DNA of 63,748 nucleotides, filler included, from Octopus bimaculoides (taxonomy: Eukaryota), in the NCBI RefSeq assembly GCF_001194135.2. It is 6 parts of 6 records of this genome, joined end to end, with 100 filler letters (N's around TTAATTAATTAA, not from the genome) between each part and the next. Parts side by side here need not be neighbours in the genome. Positions count along the whole stretch, not along the records: positions 1 to 9,945 come from NC_069004.1; positions 10,046 to 39,094 come from NC_068987.1; 4 more parts are not named here. The stretch is one strand, 5' to 3'. The notes below the pieces were generated by a model, which was not told where the DNA came from, ran no database searches, and worked only from the letters and a program-made list of their open reading frames with translations. A program made the translations under genes and the position numbers. Each line of letters opens with the position of its first letter. The first letter of the stretch is position 1. Below are positions 1 to 11,995 of this stretch, in pieces.

Positions 1-100
1 ATATATATAAATTAAATAATGAGGGTAGAAATTTATATTAATCAATTAAAAGCAGTGACTTACCATATTTAAAAAATCCGAAGACTAGAAATTATATTAC

Positions 101-319
101 ATACAAATTAAGAGGAATGACCACCAAAGTGGACTCCTAATATGCTAAAGATAGACGTCAAATTTGCCTTACCAGAAAGAGTGTGTTCTCAAGAAAAATT
201 TCAGCAAAACGCCAGAATGACATTTTTCTTGAGAACACACTATTCGTGGTAAGGCGATTTGACGTCTATCTTTAGCGTATTAGGAGTCCACTTTGGTGGT
301 CATTCCTCTTAATTTGTAT
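101..319. repeat. Long near-perfect inverted repeat (foldback), ~99-bp arms, 22-bp spacer
   Basis: 101-199 (ATACAAATTAAGAGGAATGACCACCAAAGTGG...TTCTCAAGAAAAAT) is the reverse complement of 222-319, with only a handful of mismatches. Confidence 0.95.
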
Positions 320-439
320 ATATGTGTATACTAATACATCCATTTGTTGTTTAGACCACGGTCTTCGTCTGTTGTTTTTTTCGTGAATTCTTCTATATAT
401 GCATATATGTATACATGGGAATTGCTCCATCTTCACAGA

Positions 440-770
440 TGATTGTCGTACTCTGTGCTTCCTCATTGTGAATGGCATTTCTGACATTCCGTCCATGATC
501 TATCAGATGACTTTTCAGCCCTGTTGCAGATCTGCATGGTTTGGAGTATATGTGGCAGGCGAAAGTTGTAGCTTACTGTGCACTTCCAAATTGTTAGGCC
601 TGCACACGTCACTTCTCTTCCATCGCTATTGAACTTTCAGTATACAGAATGACAGATGAAGTCACCCTAAAGAGACATTTGTACCTCGCTGGATTATAGT
701 GATCAACGCTTGTACAACACGAGTACCATTCTCTGAGCATCTCTGATTAGGAACTTGTGACAAGCAGAAG
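440..770 (-). mobile_element. Degenerate LINE 3' relic (RTE-like) with C-terminal C2H2 zinc finger
   Basis: Minus-strand 489-569 reads TFACHIYSKPCRSATGLKSHLIDHG (C2H2 with second Cys lost); upstream stops and frameshifts; similar relic at 58.3-58.6 kb. Confidence 0.5.
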
Positions 771-909
771 GGAGATTATTAGTGATCACATTATCTCGCA
801 TGGTTCTTCTCTTACAAGGATGCTGTGATTAGAGCTAGCGGTCCCCTCACTGTCAGTGGGTTTACTGTCTCTGACAGTGAGGGACACTAAGTGTATTTCT
901 GCATGTATG

Positions 910-941
<32 letters not shown>

Positions 942-1213
942 CATGCAAGTATGTATGTANNNNNNNNNNNNNNNNNNNNNNNNNNNNNNNNNNNNNNNNN
1001 NNNNNNNNNNNNNNNNNNNNNNNNNNNNNNNNNNNNNNNNNNNNNNNNNNNNNNNNNNNATATATATATAGTTGGCCAACAGTCACCCGACAGTAAAACA
1101 AAATTCCTTAAGTACTATCTGTAATTCTGTATTGACTCAAATGAAAAATGTATCACTCAAGAAGGTTTGAACAATTTTCATGATGTTACATATTTAGATA
1201 TTTAAAAATGAAT

Positions 1214-1460
1214 GCGCCCTTTTAAAACCTATCCAGGTTCATGGGCCCGGTTTCCCAATTCCAATGGCGTATGTGTTCCCCAACGGGACGGGACGCCAGT
1301 CAAACGAAGCGTTACTTATTTTTGCCAGCTGAGTGGACTGGAGCAACGTGAAAGGAAATGTTTTGCTGAAGAACACAACGCGTCGCCCGGTCCAGGAATC
1401 GAAACCACAATCTTACGATCATGATGTTGACACCCTAACGACTAAGCCACGCGCCTCCAC
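1214..1460 (-). mobile_element. tRNA-derived SINE, family B (Meta/V-like central domain), near full length
   Basis: Minus strand starts GTGGAGGCGCGTGGCTTAGT (A box), B box GTTTCGATTCC, GTTGTGTTCTTCAGCAAAACA, then a GACTGGCGTCCCGTCC core; related pieces at 6838, 18771, 43535. Confidence 0.8.
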
Positions 1461-1762
1461 TACGTATTTAGATGCTTTTATTAAATTCATTCAGTTGTTA
1501 AAAATAAATAAATTTTGGAATTAAATGGTTTTGATTTACTGTCAGGTAACTTTTGGCCAGCTCTGTATATGTTTCAAATGAAAGGCAGTTAACCTCGGTG
1601 GAACTTGAATAGACTGAATACCGCAAAGAATTTTTTTTTTTTTTTTTNNNNNNNNNNNNNNNNNNNNNNNNNNNNNNNNNNNNNNNNNNNNNNNNNNNNN
1701 NNNNNNNNNNNNNNNNNNNNNNNNNNNNNNNNNNNNNNNNNNNNNNNNNNNNNATTATATAT

Positions 1763-1963
1763 TGGTTTCAAATGTTGGCACACGACCAGCAAGTTCGAAG
1801 AACGGGGTGAATCGATTACATCGGCCCCACTGTTCAGATGGTACTTATTTTATCGATCCCGAAAGAATAAGCGACAAAACCAACCTCAGCAGAATTTGAA
1901 CTCAGAACGCAAGGACGGACGAAATGCCGCTAAGACTTTCGTCCGGCGTGCTAATGGTTCTGC
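1763..1963 (-). mobile_element. tRNA-derived SINE, family A (Deu/Nin-like core)
   Basis: Homologous to the 24523 copy: GAGTTCAAATT B box, GATAAAATAAGTACCA core; CpGs retained. Confidence 0.85.
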
Positions 1964-1983
1964 TTTAACAATGCCCTCATCTA

Positions 1984-2173
1984 GTCCTCACCTTGTTTGT
2001 TGTTAACACAACGTTTCGGTTCCAGCCTTCTTCAGGTATCTTGGGGAAATTTCGAACCTGGGTTCTCATTCCTAAGGTATTTTTTGATATTATTATTATT
2101 CAGGTCACTGCTTGGAATCGTACTCGGAATCTTGGGGTTAGTAGCCCGCGCTCTTAACCACTACGTCATATGG
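1984..2173 (-). mobile_element. tRNA-headed SINE with Penelope-like hammerhead tail (family D)
   Basis: A box TGACGTAGTGG, anticodon-like stem-loop GGG-CTACTAA-CCC, B box-like GAGTACGATTCC, internal (AAT)n, then ATAC-CTGAAGA-AGGCTGGAACC-GAAACGTT-GTGT; homolog at 45822-46012. Confidence 0.8.
2006..2039 (-). ncRNA. Minimal type I hammerhead ribozyme motif (stem II shortened in this copy)
   Basis: AUAC/GUGU stem I, CUGAAGA box (2035-2029), GAAA, palindromic AACGUU stem III, GUU cleavage triplet (predicted cut between 2010 and 2009). Confidence 0.6.
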
Positions 2174-2174
2174 A

Positions 2175-2300
2175 ATGAAGGCTGGAGGGTATATCAGCTG
2201 AAACGTTGTATTAACAACAAACAAGATGAGGACAAATATCCGTCGAATGTAAATAATGCAAATTATGTACATAGTTCCTCATATCTTAAATACAGAACTA
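2175..2300 (+). mobile_element. Inverted 3' fragment of family D element beginning inside the hammerhead core
   Basis: ATGA-A-GGCTG-GAGGGTATAT-CAGCT-GAAACGTT-GTATT then AACAACAAACAAGATGAGGACAAATATCCG; inverted relative to 1984-2030. Confidence 0.8.
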
Positions 2301-3285
2301 TACAACGAAGTAGTAGAGGGTACAGAAGTTCAAACCCCGTAACCGACAACATTAAAGAAACCAGAAAATTGGTAAGCGAGTTTCTTAATCACGCAGCCAT
2401 GAATGCGTCCACAAGATAGCTAACATCCTAGACGTTGAAGTAGAATATCTCATCCTTATTCTATTAAACACTTTATAATAATAAAACCCACACCTTCGAG
2501 TTGTGTGCCGTAAAACCTGTCACAAGAAGAACAACATCAACTACAGCAGCAGCAATAACATTGCAAGAAGTGCTGTGGCAATAAAAACAATGGCATAAGC
2601 AGAAATAGGTGTAGTTTTGGTGTTGTTGTACAAGACAAGATTAATGAGATCGTTTGGTGTGGTGGGTAAAAGCTTGATGAGTCGGATTCCGAGCAACAAA
2701 AGAATTTCTATTTGGTCATTGAATTTACAAGAAATAGCTGCTAAATTTGAGTTGAAGTGTACTCAATCGTTTTATATAGAATGAAGTACGTAATGAATGA
2801 TGTAGTAATAGAATCATGGATATAGGACTTCTAGAAATAAAGGAAGTGATGGTCACAACTGGAGTAATTTTTAGTCGTGGATCTGCTTTGTCGGAATTGA
2901 TTTTTGCCTAAACAATAATAAATAATTTAAAGGGAACGAGTGAGTGGAAGTTTCACCGAGAGAGAGAGGGGGGGTAAGAAAGGGAGTGGAAGTTGCAGAG
3001 AGTGAGTGAGAGATAAGGTGGGAGAATGCAGATTGTTAGAAGCGGGAACCGAAAAATGTAAAGTATTGAAAGAGGAGCGAGAGGAAGAAAGAGAATATGA
3101 GAAGTCAGATATTAAAAGCAAACAGAGGAATGTATGGTCAGCGAGAAAGGAAGGGATAGACACATGCATACACATAATACACATACATGCATACATACAT
3201 ACATACATACATACATACATACATAAATACACACATGCATATATACATACATACACACATACATATATACATACATATATGTATG

Positions 3286-3323
<38 letters not shown>

Positions 3324-3828
3324 NNNNNNNNNNNNNNNNNNNNNNNNNNNNNNNNNNNNNNNNNNNNNNNNNNNNNNNNNNNNNNNNNNNNNNNNNNNNN
3401 NNNNNNNNNNNNNNNNNNNNNNNNNNNNNNNNNNNNNNNNNNNNNNNNNNNNNNNNNNNNNNNNNNNNNNNNNNNNNNNNNNNNNNNNNNNNNNNNNNNN
3501 NNNNNNNNNNNNNNNNNNNNNNNNNNNNNNNNNNNNNNNNNNNNNNNNNNNNNNNNNNNNNNNNNNNNNNNNNNNNNNNNNNNNNNNNNNNNNNNNNNNN
3601 NNNNNNNNNNNNNNNNNNNNNNNNNNNNNNNNNNNNNNNNNNNNNNNNNNNNNNNNNNNNNNNNNNNNNNNNNNNNNNNNNNNNNNNNNNNNNNNNNNNN
3701 NNNNNNNNNNNNNNNNNNNNNNNNNNNNNNNNNNNNNNNNNNNNNNNNNNNNNNNNNNNNNNNNNNNNNNNNNNNNNNNNNNNNNNNNNNNNNNNNNNNN
3801 NNNNNNNNNNNNNNNNNNNNNNNNNNNN

Positions 3829-3875
<47 letters not shown>

Positions 3876-3936
3876 CACACATATATACACATGCATACAT
3901 ACACACATATAAATGCATGCATACACACACACATAT

Positions 3937-3977
<41 letters not shown>

Positions 3978-4598
3978 CACTCAAACTTTAACACGCACAT
4001 ACACACACGCATTTATATAAATATTCATACACACGTATAACAATACACGGCTACACGAAGAAACACAAGCCTAGCGCAAATTCATACACATGCACACATG
4101 TCCGCACACGCATACGCGTACACACACACACATCTTCATACATACATACATATATACATACGTATGAGAATGAAGTGCAACGTTGAAACCTACAGGGAGA
4201 AAGGAAAAATAGTTTTGCGTCGCTTATTTATTATAATACAGAGACCCACCAAATATTTCTTGTGCTAATGGAGATTGTAAATTCAGCTGTTAAATTTTGT
4301 CCATTAGCTGATATTTCAAGAAGACCGCTTTCTAGAGTAATATTGGACGGTGTTGGCATCGGTAAAAGCTATCGGAAATAAAAATAAGGCGAATATTAAA
4401 CGAGTGAATAACACAATTCGCGCGAACACGAGTGTTCGCCAGCGCAGTGATATCTGTTCTCATGTTAACGGAGACTATTAACATTGTTTCGTTTGCAAGC
4501 AGAGACGAGCGAATAGCGATGCGTTTTAGGATAGAATACTTTTAAGCGTATATGGTAATAGAACAGCTTATGTCTGCTTATTGGTGACAGACAGAGAC

Positions 4599-4655
<57 letters not shown>

Positions 4656-4656
4656 C

Positions 4657-4714
4657 ATTTCTTTTATTAGCCACACAGGGCTCAACGAAGATGGGACAAA
4701 TACAATGTAGAGCT
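4657..4714 (-). mobile_element. Probable extreme 3' end of a LINE (AATAAA then (TATC)n tail), cut by gap
   Basis: Minus strand ...GGCTAATAAAAGAAATG runs directly into a (TATC)n tract; family assignment (possibly Tx1-like) is from recall only. Confidence 0.35.
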
Positions 4715-5167
4715 TNNNNNNNNNNNNNNNNNNNNNNNNNNNNNNNNNNNNNNNNNNNNNNNNNNNNNNNNNNNNNNNNNNNNNNNNNNNNNNNNNNNNN
4801 NNNNNNNNNNNNNNNNNNNNNNNNNNNNNNNNNNNNNNNNNNNNNNNNNNNNNNNNNNNNNNNNNNNNNNNNNNNNNNNNNNNNNNNNNNNNNNNNNNNN
4901 NNNNNNNNNNNNNNNNNNNNNNNNNNNNNNNNNNNNNNNNNNNNNNNNNNNNNNNNNNNNNNNNNNNNNNNNNNNNNNNNNNNNNNNNNNNNNNNNNNNN
5001 NNNNNNNNNNNNNNNNNNNNNNNNNNNNNNNNNNNNNNNNNNNNNNNNNNNNNNNNNNNNNNNNNNNNNNNNNNNNNNNNNNNNNNNNNNNNNNNNNNNN
5101 NNNNNNNNNNNNNNNNNNNNNNNNNNNNNNNNNNNNNNNNNNNNNNNNNNNNNNNNNNNNNNNNNNN

Positions 5168-5228
<61 letters not shown>

Positions 5229-5311
5229 TACACAGAGACAGACAGGCAGACAGACATACAGATTGATAGATATAGAGTGAGATACATAGATAGATAGATC
5301 GAGAGACACAC

Positions 5312-5370
<59 letters not shown>

Positions 5371-5383
5371 CAGATAGATAGAT

Positions 5384-5550
5384 GTATCGGCCCCTTTGCA
5401 TTTCCCTTGGATAACACTGGTGGCATGGAGAGGGGGAGGCTGGTATGCATGGGCGACTGCTGGCCTTCCATAAACAACCTTGCCCGGACTTGCACCTCGA
5501 GGGTAATTTTCTAGGTGCAATCCCATGGTCATTCATGGCCGAAGGGGGGT
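5384..5550 (+). mobile_element. 3' half of a SINE with LINE-type terminal stem-loop
   Basis: GC-rich repeat-like segment with TTGCACCT...AGGTGCAA hairpin (5490-5520) near its 3' end. Confidence 0.55.
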
Positions 5551-5579
5551 CACCTGCTCATTCTTTCATTGGTATCTCC

Positions 5580-5762
5580 TATTTTATCTTTTGCCTGTTT
5601 CAGTCATTAGACCGCGGCCATGCTGGAGCACTGCCTTGAAGAATTTTAGTCGAGTCAATCTATCGGTCTTGGCTATAGTAGAAGATAGATGCCCAAGGTG
5701 CCACCCAGTGGGACTGAACCCGGAACCATGTGGTTTGGAAGCAAACTTTTTACAACACAGCC
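5580..5762 (-). mobile_element. tRNA-derived SINE family C, internally deleted copy
   Basis: Head TGGCTGTGTTGTAAAAAGTTTGCTTCCAAACCACATGGTTCCGGGTTCAGTCCC and tail CAGCATGGCCGCGGTCTAATGACTGAAACAGG match copies at 39262, 53555, 56733. Confidence 0.8.
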
Positions 5763-6489
5763 AAGGTAATATATTTATGATTATCATTAGATTAAGTCTA
5801 CGACGTAGTTTTCTGAATTGAATGAGAAGCTAATAAGGCTATAAAAATAATAATGTTTATTTTTGGTTAAACATTTTGTACTTAAGCTCGCGTTACTTAG
5901 AGATTTATACCCGAAGACAATCTTCAGACAGAAGCTCTTGACAAAGGAATATAATTCTAATATGGTCGGCTATTGCATCGCTTTTAGTGCATCGCGTTAT
6001 GGATTTCCGGTTGGTTTATATCCGGCATGGCTGTTAGCAAACTTCCGACGTAAATGTAAGGCGATTTATAACTATTTTCATAATGTGGTTTGAGTACTCT
6101 ATCGAGGTAACAGAGGTGCTTACTCGTAAAAACAGTACTTTTACAGTACTTGATATCTAATTGGGTTTTAAAGACACAGACACACAGATATATATATATA
6201 TATATANNNNNNNNNNNNNNNNNNNNNNNNNNNNNNNNNNNNNNNNNNNNNNNNNNNNNNNNNNNNNNNNNNNNNNNNNNNNNNNNNNNNNNNNNNNNNN
6301 NNNNNNNNNNNNNNNNNNNNNNNNNNNNNNNNNNNNNNNNNNNNNNNNNNNNNNNNNNNNNNNNNNNNNNNNNNNNNNNNNNNNNNNNNNNNNNNNNNNN
6401 NNNNNNNNNNNNNNNNNNNNNNNNNNNNNNNNNNNNNNNNNNNNNNNNNNNNNNNNNNNNNNNNNNNNNNNNNNNNNNNNNNNNNNNNN

Positions 6490-6545
<56 letters not shown>

Positions 6546-6837
6546 CATGTATACCGTATTTTCCAGTATATATGATGCACTCTCGCATAAAACTTTCCTG
6601 TATTTTATAAGTATATTTTCTATAATAATAAAACAAAATTATTGTTTCATCATACACTTATTAAGAGATATGTTAAAGTGGTTTTGTAATGAAGAGAATG
6701 TTTAGCTCTATACATGCATATAAATAAAATTCTATGACTGTCAATATGAATAAAGCACGGAGCCATAGATTTATTAAGTATAAACTACGTTATACGAGTA
6801 CAATATTTCTACTTTATCTTCTTTCGGGTCAATTGCT

Positions 6838-7070
6838 AGATCGTGAGGTCGATTTTCTGGCCGGGCAACGCGTTATGTTCTTGAATAAAACGCTTCATTT
6901 CACGTTCCTCCAGTCCCCCCTTTCGATCAGGTGGAGGAATTTGGTTTACTCGCCTAGGCAGCGGGGTAGCATCGTTTGAAGGCTAAAACAATGCAAAAGC
7001 GCATTGTTACCAGCGATGTGTAACAACATCTGATAACCTGGTCGATCACGTGATCATGTGCGATGTAAAA
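6838..7070 (+). mobile_element. SINE with family B-like head and a different tail
   Basis: GGGCAACGCGTTATGTTCTTGAATAAAACGCTTCATTTCACGTTCCTCCAGTCC matches the reverse complement of 1335-1390. Confidence 0.65.
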
Positions 7071-7679
7071 TAAGCATTTCTGGCCACAATTGTTTTATAT
7101 TAACGTAATTAGCCACCAGAGTAGTGCACCACTGCTATTATTTTGTTCTCATCCACTCATTGCAAATAGCTGATATCATCTTTTATCTTTTACTTGTTTC
7201 AGTAATTAGACTGAAGCCATGCTGGGGAGCTGCCTTGAATGCGGATGAAAGTTTAACATTCCTTTCATCTTTCTAGGAGAATATTCAAGTTAGCAATTTT
7301 TAAAAAAATGCTTCTTAAAGGTAATCCTCTCGTTAAATAATAAGACGCATATCAGGTTTGTTTTATGTATGCGACGAATTTGTTTATGTAACGTCTCTAC
7401 ATAACTGCCGACACATCTTAAGTGTCTTTTCGTATGTTTCTGAAACAATGTGATATTTTATCATTTGTAACAATTATTGTACTTAACGGACGTATGCTAT
7501 CCGTCTCCCTAACCTCCAGCACTCGATCTCCCATTCGTATACTGTCGCGTTCGACGCGGAGTAACATTTGATACCTTTACATACATAAACAATGTGTCTT
7601 ATACAGACATACATACATACATATATACATATATATACGTATATATACGTACATCCATATACATACATACATATACACA

Positions 7680-7900
<221 letters not shown>

Positions 7901-9299
7901 GAGACTGTTATTGTAATGTATGTAAATAAATAAATCTCGAAAGACAATTTGTGTATTCTATTCTTACAAGACTGTACACTTTTTGTATAAAAATGCACAT
8001 GTTTATAATACTTTCTCGTTGTTTTATTTGCAGACTGAACTTTGTAACAACATTTAATTCCAATTCTTGTATTTAGTTTGCTAATTGATTGTGCAAAAAC
8101 ATACCAAAAATTATGTATGTATTCTCTCGAAACACAAAATATCTTTCTAAATTTTATTTCAATATAAATAGTACATATCTTTTTTCCGAGCGATGAAAAC
8201 CAAGTCATGAATCATATTGTACATATTTCAATATAGTCTGGAAACTTTAAACAAATTTCTAGTTTAAAGAACATGAAAACAAAGTACCAAGTGAGATAAT
8301 AGACAAACCGTCTACCATTTGTATATATGCAGTGATATACTGGTTGCCACCTAAGGCTATTTAGATTTTTATAACAACGGAAGAAAATTTCTTAGACACC
8401 GTCAGCGCGAAAAATAACAGCCAAATTTATCGTAGTGGCTTATGCGGTGATGGGAAGATAACATTTAATCAACAGCTAATAATTATTTCTAATTGAGTCA
8501 TAAACCTAGCAATTTTGAAGAGAGGGATGAGAACAGAATAAGAGGGGATTATGTCCGGAGTTTTCCCTATCGCTTGTCAGGGAAATAAAAGCATAATTTT
8601 TACAACTGAGTATTGTATTATAATTTTTTTCTCCTGTTCAGTTTTAGTTTTCAATGCAACGTACCTTAAATTTAATGCTAACTTCCCTGTTATTTCTGAA
8701 CTAGATGGTGCCTCTCACGCCTTTTAATTAATTAATGATTAAACACATATTAATTAAAGAATGTCATGTGAGTGTCCGTTCTTACATTTATTTATTTTTT
8801 TTTTTTTTTTTTTNNNNNNNNNNNNNNNNNNNNNNNNNNNNNNNNNNNNNNNNNNNNNNNNNNNNNNNNNNNNNNNNNNNNNNNNNNNNNNNNNNNNNNN
8901 NNNNNNNNNNNNNNNNNNNNNNNNNNNNNNNNNNNNNNNNNNNNNNNNNNNNNNNNNNNNNNNNNNNNNNNNNNNNNNNNNNNNNNNNNNNNNNNNNNNN
9001 NNNNNNNNNNNNNNNNNNNNNNNNNNNNNNNNNNNNNNNNNNNNNNNNNNNNNNNNNNNNNNNNNNNNNNNNNNNNNNNNNNNNNNNNNNNNNNNNNNNN
9101 NNNNNNNNNNNNNNNNNNNNNNNNNNNNNNNNNNNNNNNNNNNNNNNNNNNNNNNNNNNNNNNNNNNNNNNNNNNNNNNNNNNNNNNNNNNNNNNNNNNN
9201 NNNNNNNNNNNNNNNNNNNNNNNNNNNNNNNNNNNNNNTCAGCAGCAGCAGTAGCTGCAGTAGCATTAGCTGCAGCAGCCTCAACAGCAGCAGTAGCAA

Positions 9300-9358
<59 letters not shown>

Positions 9359-9439
9359 ACAACAGTAGCAGCGTCAACAACAGCAGTAGCAGCAGCAATA
9401 TTAGTAACAGTTGTAGTGGCAGCAGTACCAGCAGCAGCG

Positions 9440-9502
<63 letters not shown>

Positions 9503-9788
9503 ATAGTAGTAGTAGTAGTATTAAGAAGACTCGTGATCAAAATCGCTGTGAGACCTTCAGGCCTTTTACCCTTCTTTCAGGGCACCCGGAACCGTATTCT
9601 CTTATATCTCCTTTTTCTAACACCTGAGAGGTGGTGATCGTTGAAGGAGATTTAACTGCTATGTTTAGCTCATTCAGTGCATAGACAGAAAGGCTCCTTC
9701 GTAGACTCATGATATGCTTTACTGGACTGTATAATTTCCTTATAACTTTGCAATGATTTGTATCGAAGATACACATCAAACTAGGTGA

Positions 9789-9912
<124 letters not shown>

Positions 9913-9945
9913 AACATCCCATATGTATATGTGTATAAATATATA

Positions 9946-10045
9946 NNNNNNNNNNNNNNNNNNNNNNNNNNNNNNNNNNNNNNNNNNNNTTAATTAATTA
10001 ANNNNNNNNNNNNNNNNNNNNNNNNNNNNNNNNNNNNNNNNNNNN
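9946..10045. other. Artificial 100-bp scaffold spacer (N44-TTAATTAATTAA-N44); also with the 12-mer at 39139, 48233, 58851, 61830
   Basis: Identical palindromic six-frame-stop 12-mer centred in N runs five times. Confidence 0.95.
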
Positions 10046-10113
10046 AAGAATACTCGCATACACCCCCCCCCACACACACACACACACATACACACACACA
10101 CACACATACACAC

Positions 10114-10154
<41 letters not shown>

Positions 10155-10391
10155 GACGCCCACGTCTATGGAAGAATTGTTTTATCAGACTATGATAGTT
10201 GAAAATAAACTGCTTGGTTTAACCTTATTAACATTACGGTGAAAATCAAAGATGGCCAACACAATTGTGAAAGGTAAATCCATTTGAAAGAAGAACACAT
10301 TTCTGTGATGTTTGAAAATTGTTTAATGAAGGAACTAAATAATCTCTATGCTGTTATAGCAGCTGCATTGGATAACATGTCAGTTTATTGT

Positions 10392-11995
10392 ATTTGATTT
10401 GTACAGCTTTTGATCATAATAAACGTGCAATTAACGGGGTAGACTTCAAAAATAGCCCACTTTTATATTTCAATCAATCTGTGCATTGCATAATTTGTTT
10501 TCTGGCTTAAATATTTCATTTTTACTGACAAAATAAATTTCTATTTTCAGAATGTATGCATTGTAATGTATAGCAACATGAAGTACACGTATTTTAAGCT
10601 AATTAATCATCGTAGTTTATAGGTAGAACAAGTAATACGCATAGGTAGGTTTTAGCAATGAGTACCTGGAAATGGTTACATATCTATTATACTGCTGAGT
10701 TTGACAGGTAAAGAGTCCACCGAGTTAAACTGTTGTCGACAAATTTCTAGGTAGATAAGTTTACAATATTTCAGAAATACTTAAGTAACATTATAATGAA
10801 AATATATGCATAATTAGTTAGAGTTATGTTACTTTTACTAAAAGAAAGCAATCGTTAAAGGCTAGAATATGTGGAAAATATTTACATATTCCAGGTTTAA
10901 TATAGTTTTAACCAAATAAGGTTTTGAAGTTGGTGTTATTGAATATTTCAATTACTCGCTTCAATCATAAATTGTATTCCATTAGAAATTTCAGTTTAAT
11001 GCTGTAGAGTACTTAACATCTGTTTATACTTCAGAAACTATAAATGTTGCCCAAATATTTGCAAAAGTTTACTTTCTACAAATTATAAGTTTAGTCCAAC
11101 ATCAACCAATTTATGTTAATGTTCGTATCCTTTCATATTTGAAGGGTGTTGTTGAAGACACAGAAAGCTGAATAACAAAAACAAAAAAATGACTTTAATT
11201 TAATTTCGCCAGTTGGGAGTAACTACAGAAATATATCCATTTACCATCATGCTGAATTTGTTTCCTCATAACTTTCAGGAACATGTGTAATTTTTTAACG
11301 AATTGCTCTACAAATACATTTCTGTTTGTAGAGATTAGTGGTCTATAAGAACTTCCTGAGAAAAAATGGGGAGGGGGTTATGGCACGTATCTCAAATTTG
11401 TTTTTCCTCAAACATGTTGATAATTTTATTACAATTAAGTTGTAAAGCAATTACTTATAAGGACAGTTCTGCCCTTTCAGGACAATTCTCTAAAAGAAAT
11501 AATTGTAAAAAGGGAACTACAGAGTTAGCAATACTTATTGAATATGCATTTCCTTCATTATTTTAGCGAATCTTAATCATTCTCTCTTTTCAACTAACAC
11601 AAAGGAGGTCCGTCTTCTACGTGGTCATTTGGTATGGTAGAAGAAGCAGCAACCACATGGGGCACAGAGGTAATTTGCTTTTTCTACAAATTGCAATTAA
11701 ATCAGTCAAAGGATATGGAAAAGTTGATATGCATGAAATATCTTTCATCTTTTCCTTTCTCCATGACATTCTCATAAAGTTCAAATGTAAACGATCTAGA
11801 CATATTATTCCTACCCACAAAATACGTTTCAAATACGTTTGTGAACACAGAAAATAAATTTGTCAGTACAAAAGAATATGATGGTAAATGGATACAGATT
11901 CATTGAAATATAAAAGTGGGCTATTTTGCGAAATTTACCCCGTTGATTGCAGGTTTATCATAACCAGAAATTCTATAAGTCAAAAGAATTTTGTA
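10392..11995. mobile_element. Decayed DNA transposon with long (~150 bp) imperfect terminal inverted repeats; superfamily unresolved
   Basis: ATAAACGTGCAATTAACGGGGTAGACTTCAAAAATAGCCCACTTTTATATTTCAATCAATCTGT (~10417-10483) is inverted at ~11894-11960; looser homology extends both ways; interior has only broken frames. Confidence 0.75.

Noticed and set aside
841-885. 15-bp inverted repeat GTCCC(C)TCACTGTCAG / CTGACAGTGAGGGAC
   Set aside because: Real but short; partner ends or TSD are obscured by the adjacent microsatellite and gap, so no element call is made
2100-2173. tRNA gene (ACT anticodon-like loop)
   Set aside because: Acceptor stem not formed and B box altered; continues into a repeat body, so it is a SINE head
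2665-2730. Hammerhead-like TTGATGA-GTCGG-ATT-CCGA-GCAAC
   Set aside because: Both core boxes are mutated and there is no proximal stem I; cannot be distinguished from chance
8698-8716. CTCF-like motif ACTAGATGGTGC
   Set aside because: Single short imperfect match, expected by chance at this window size
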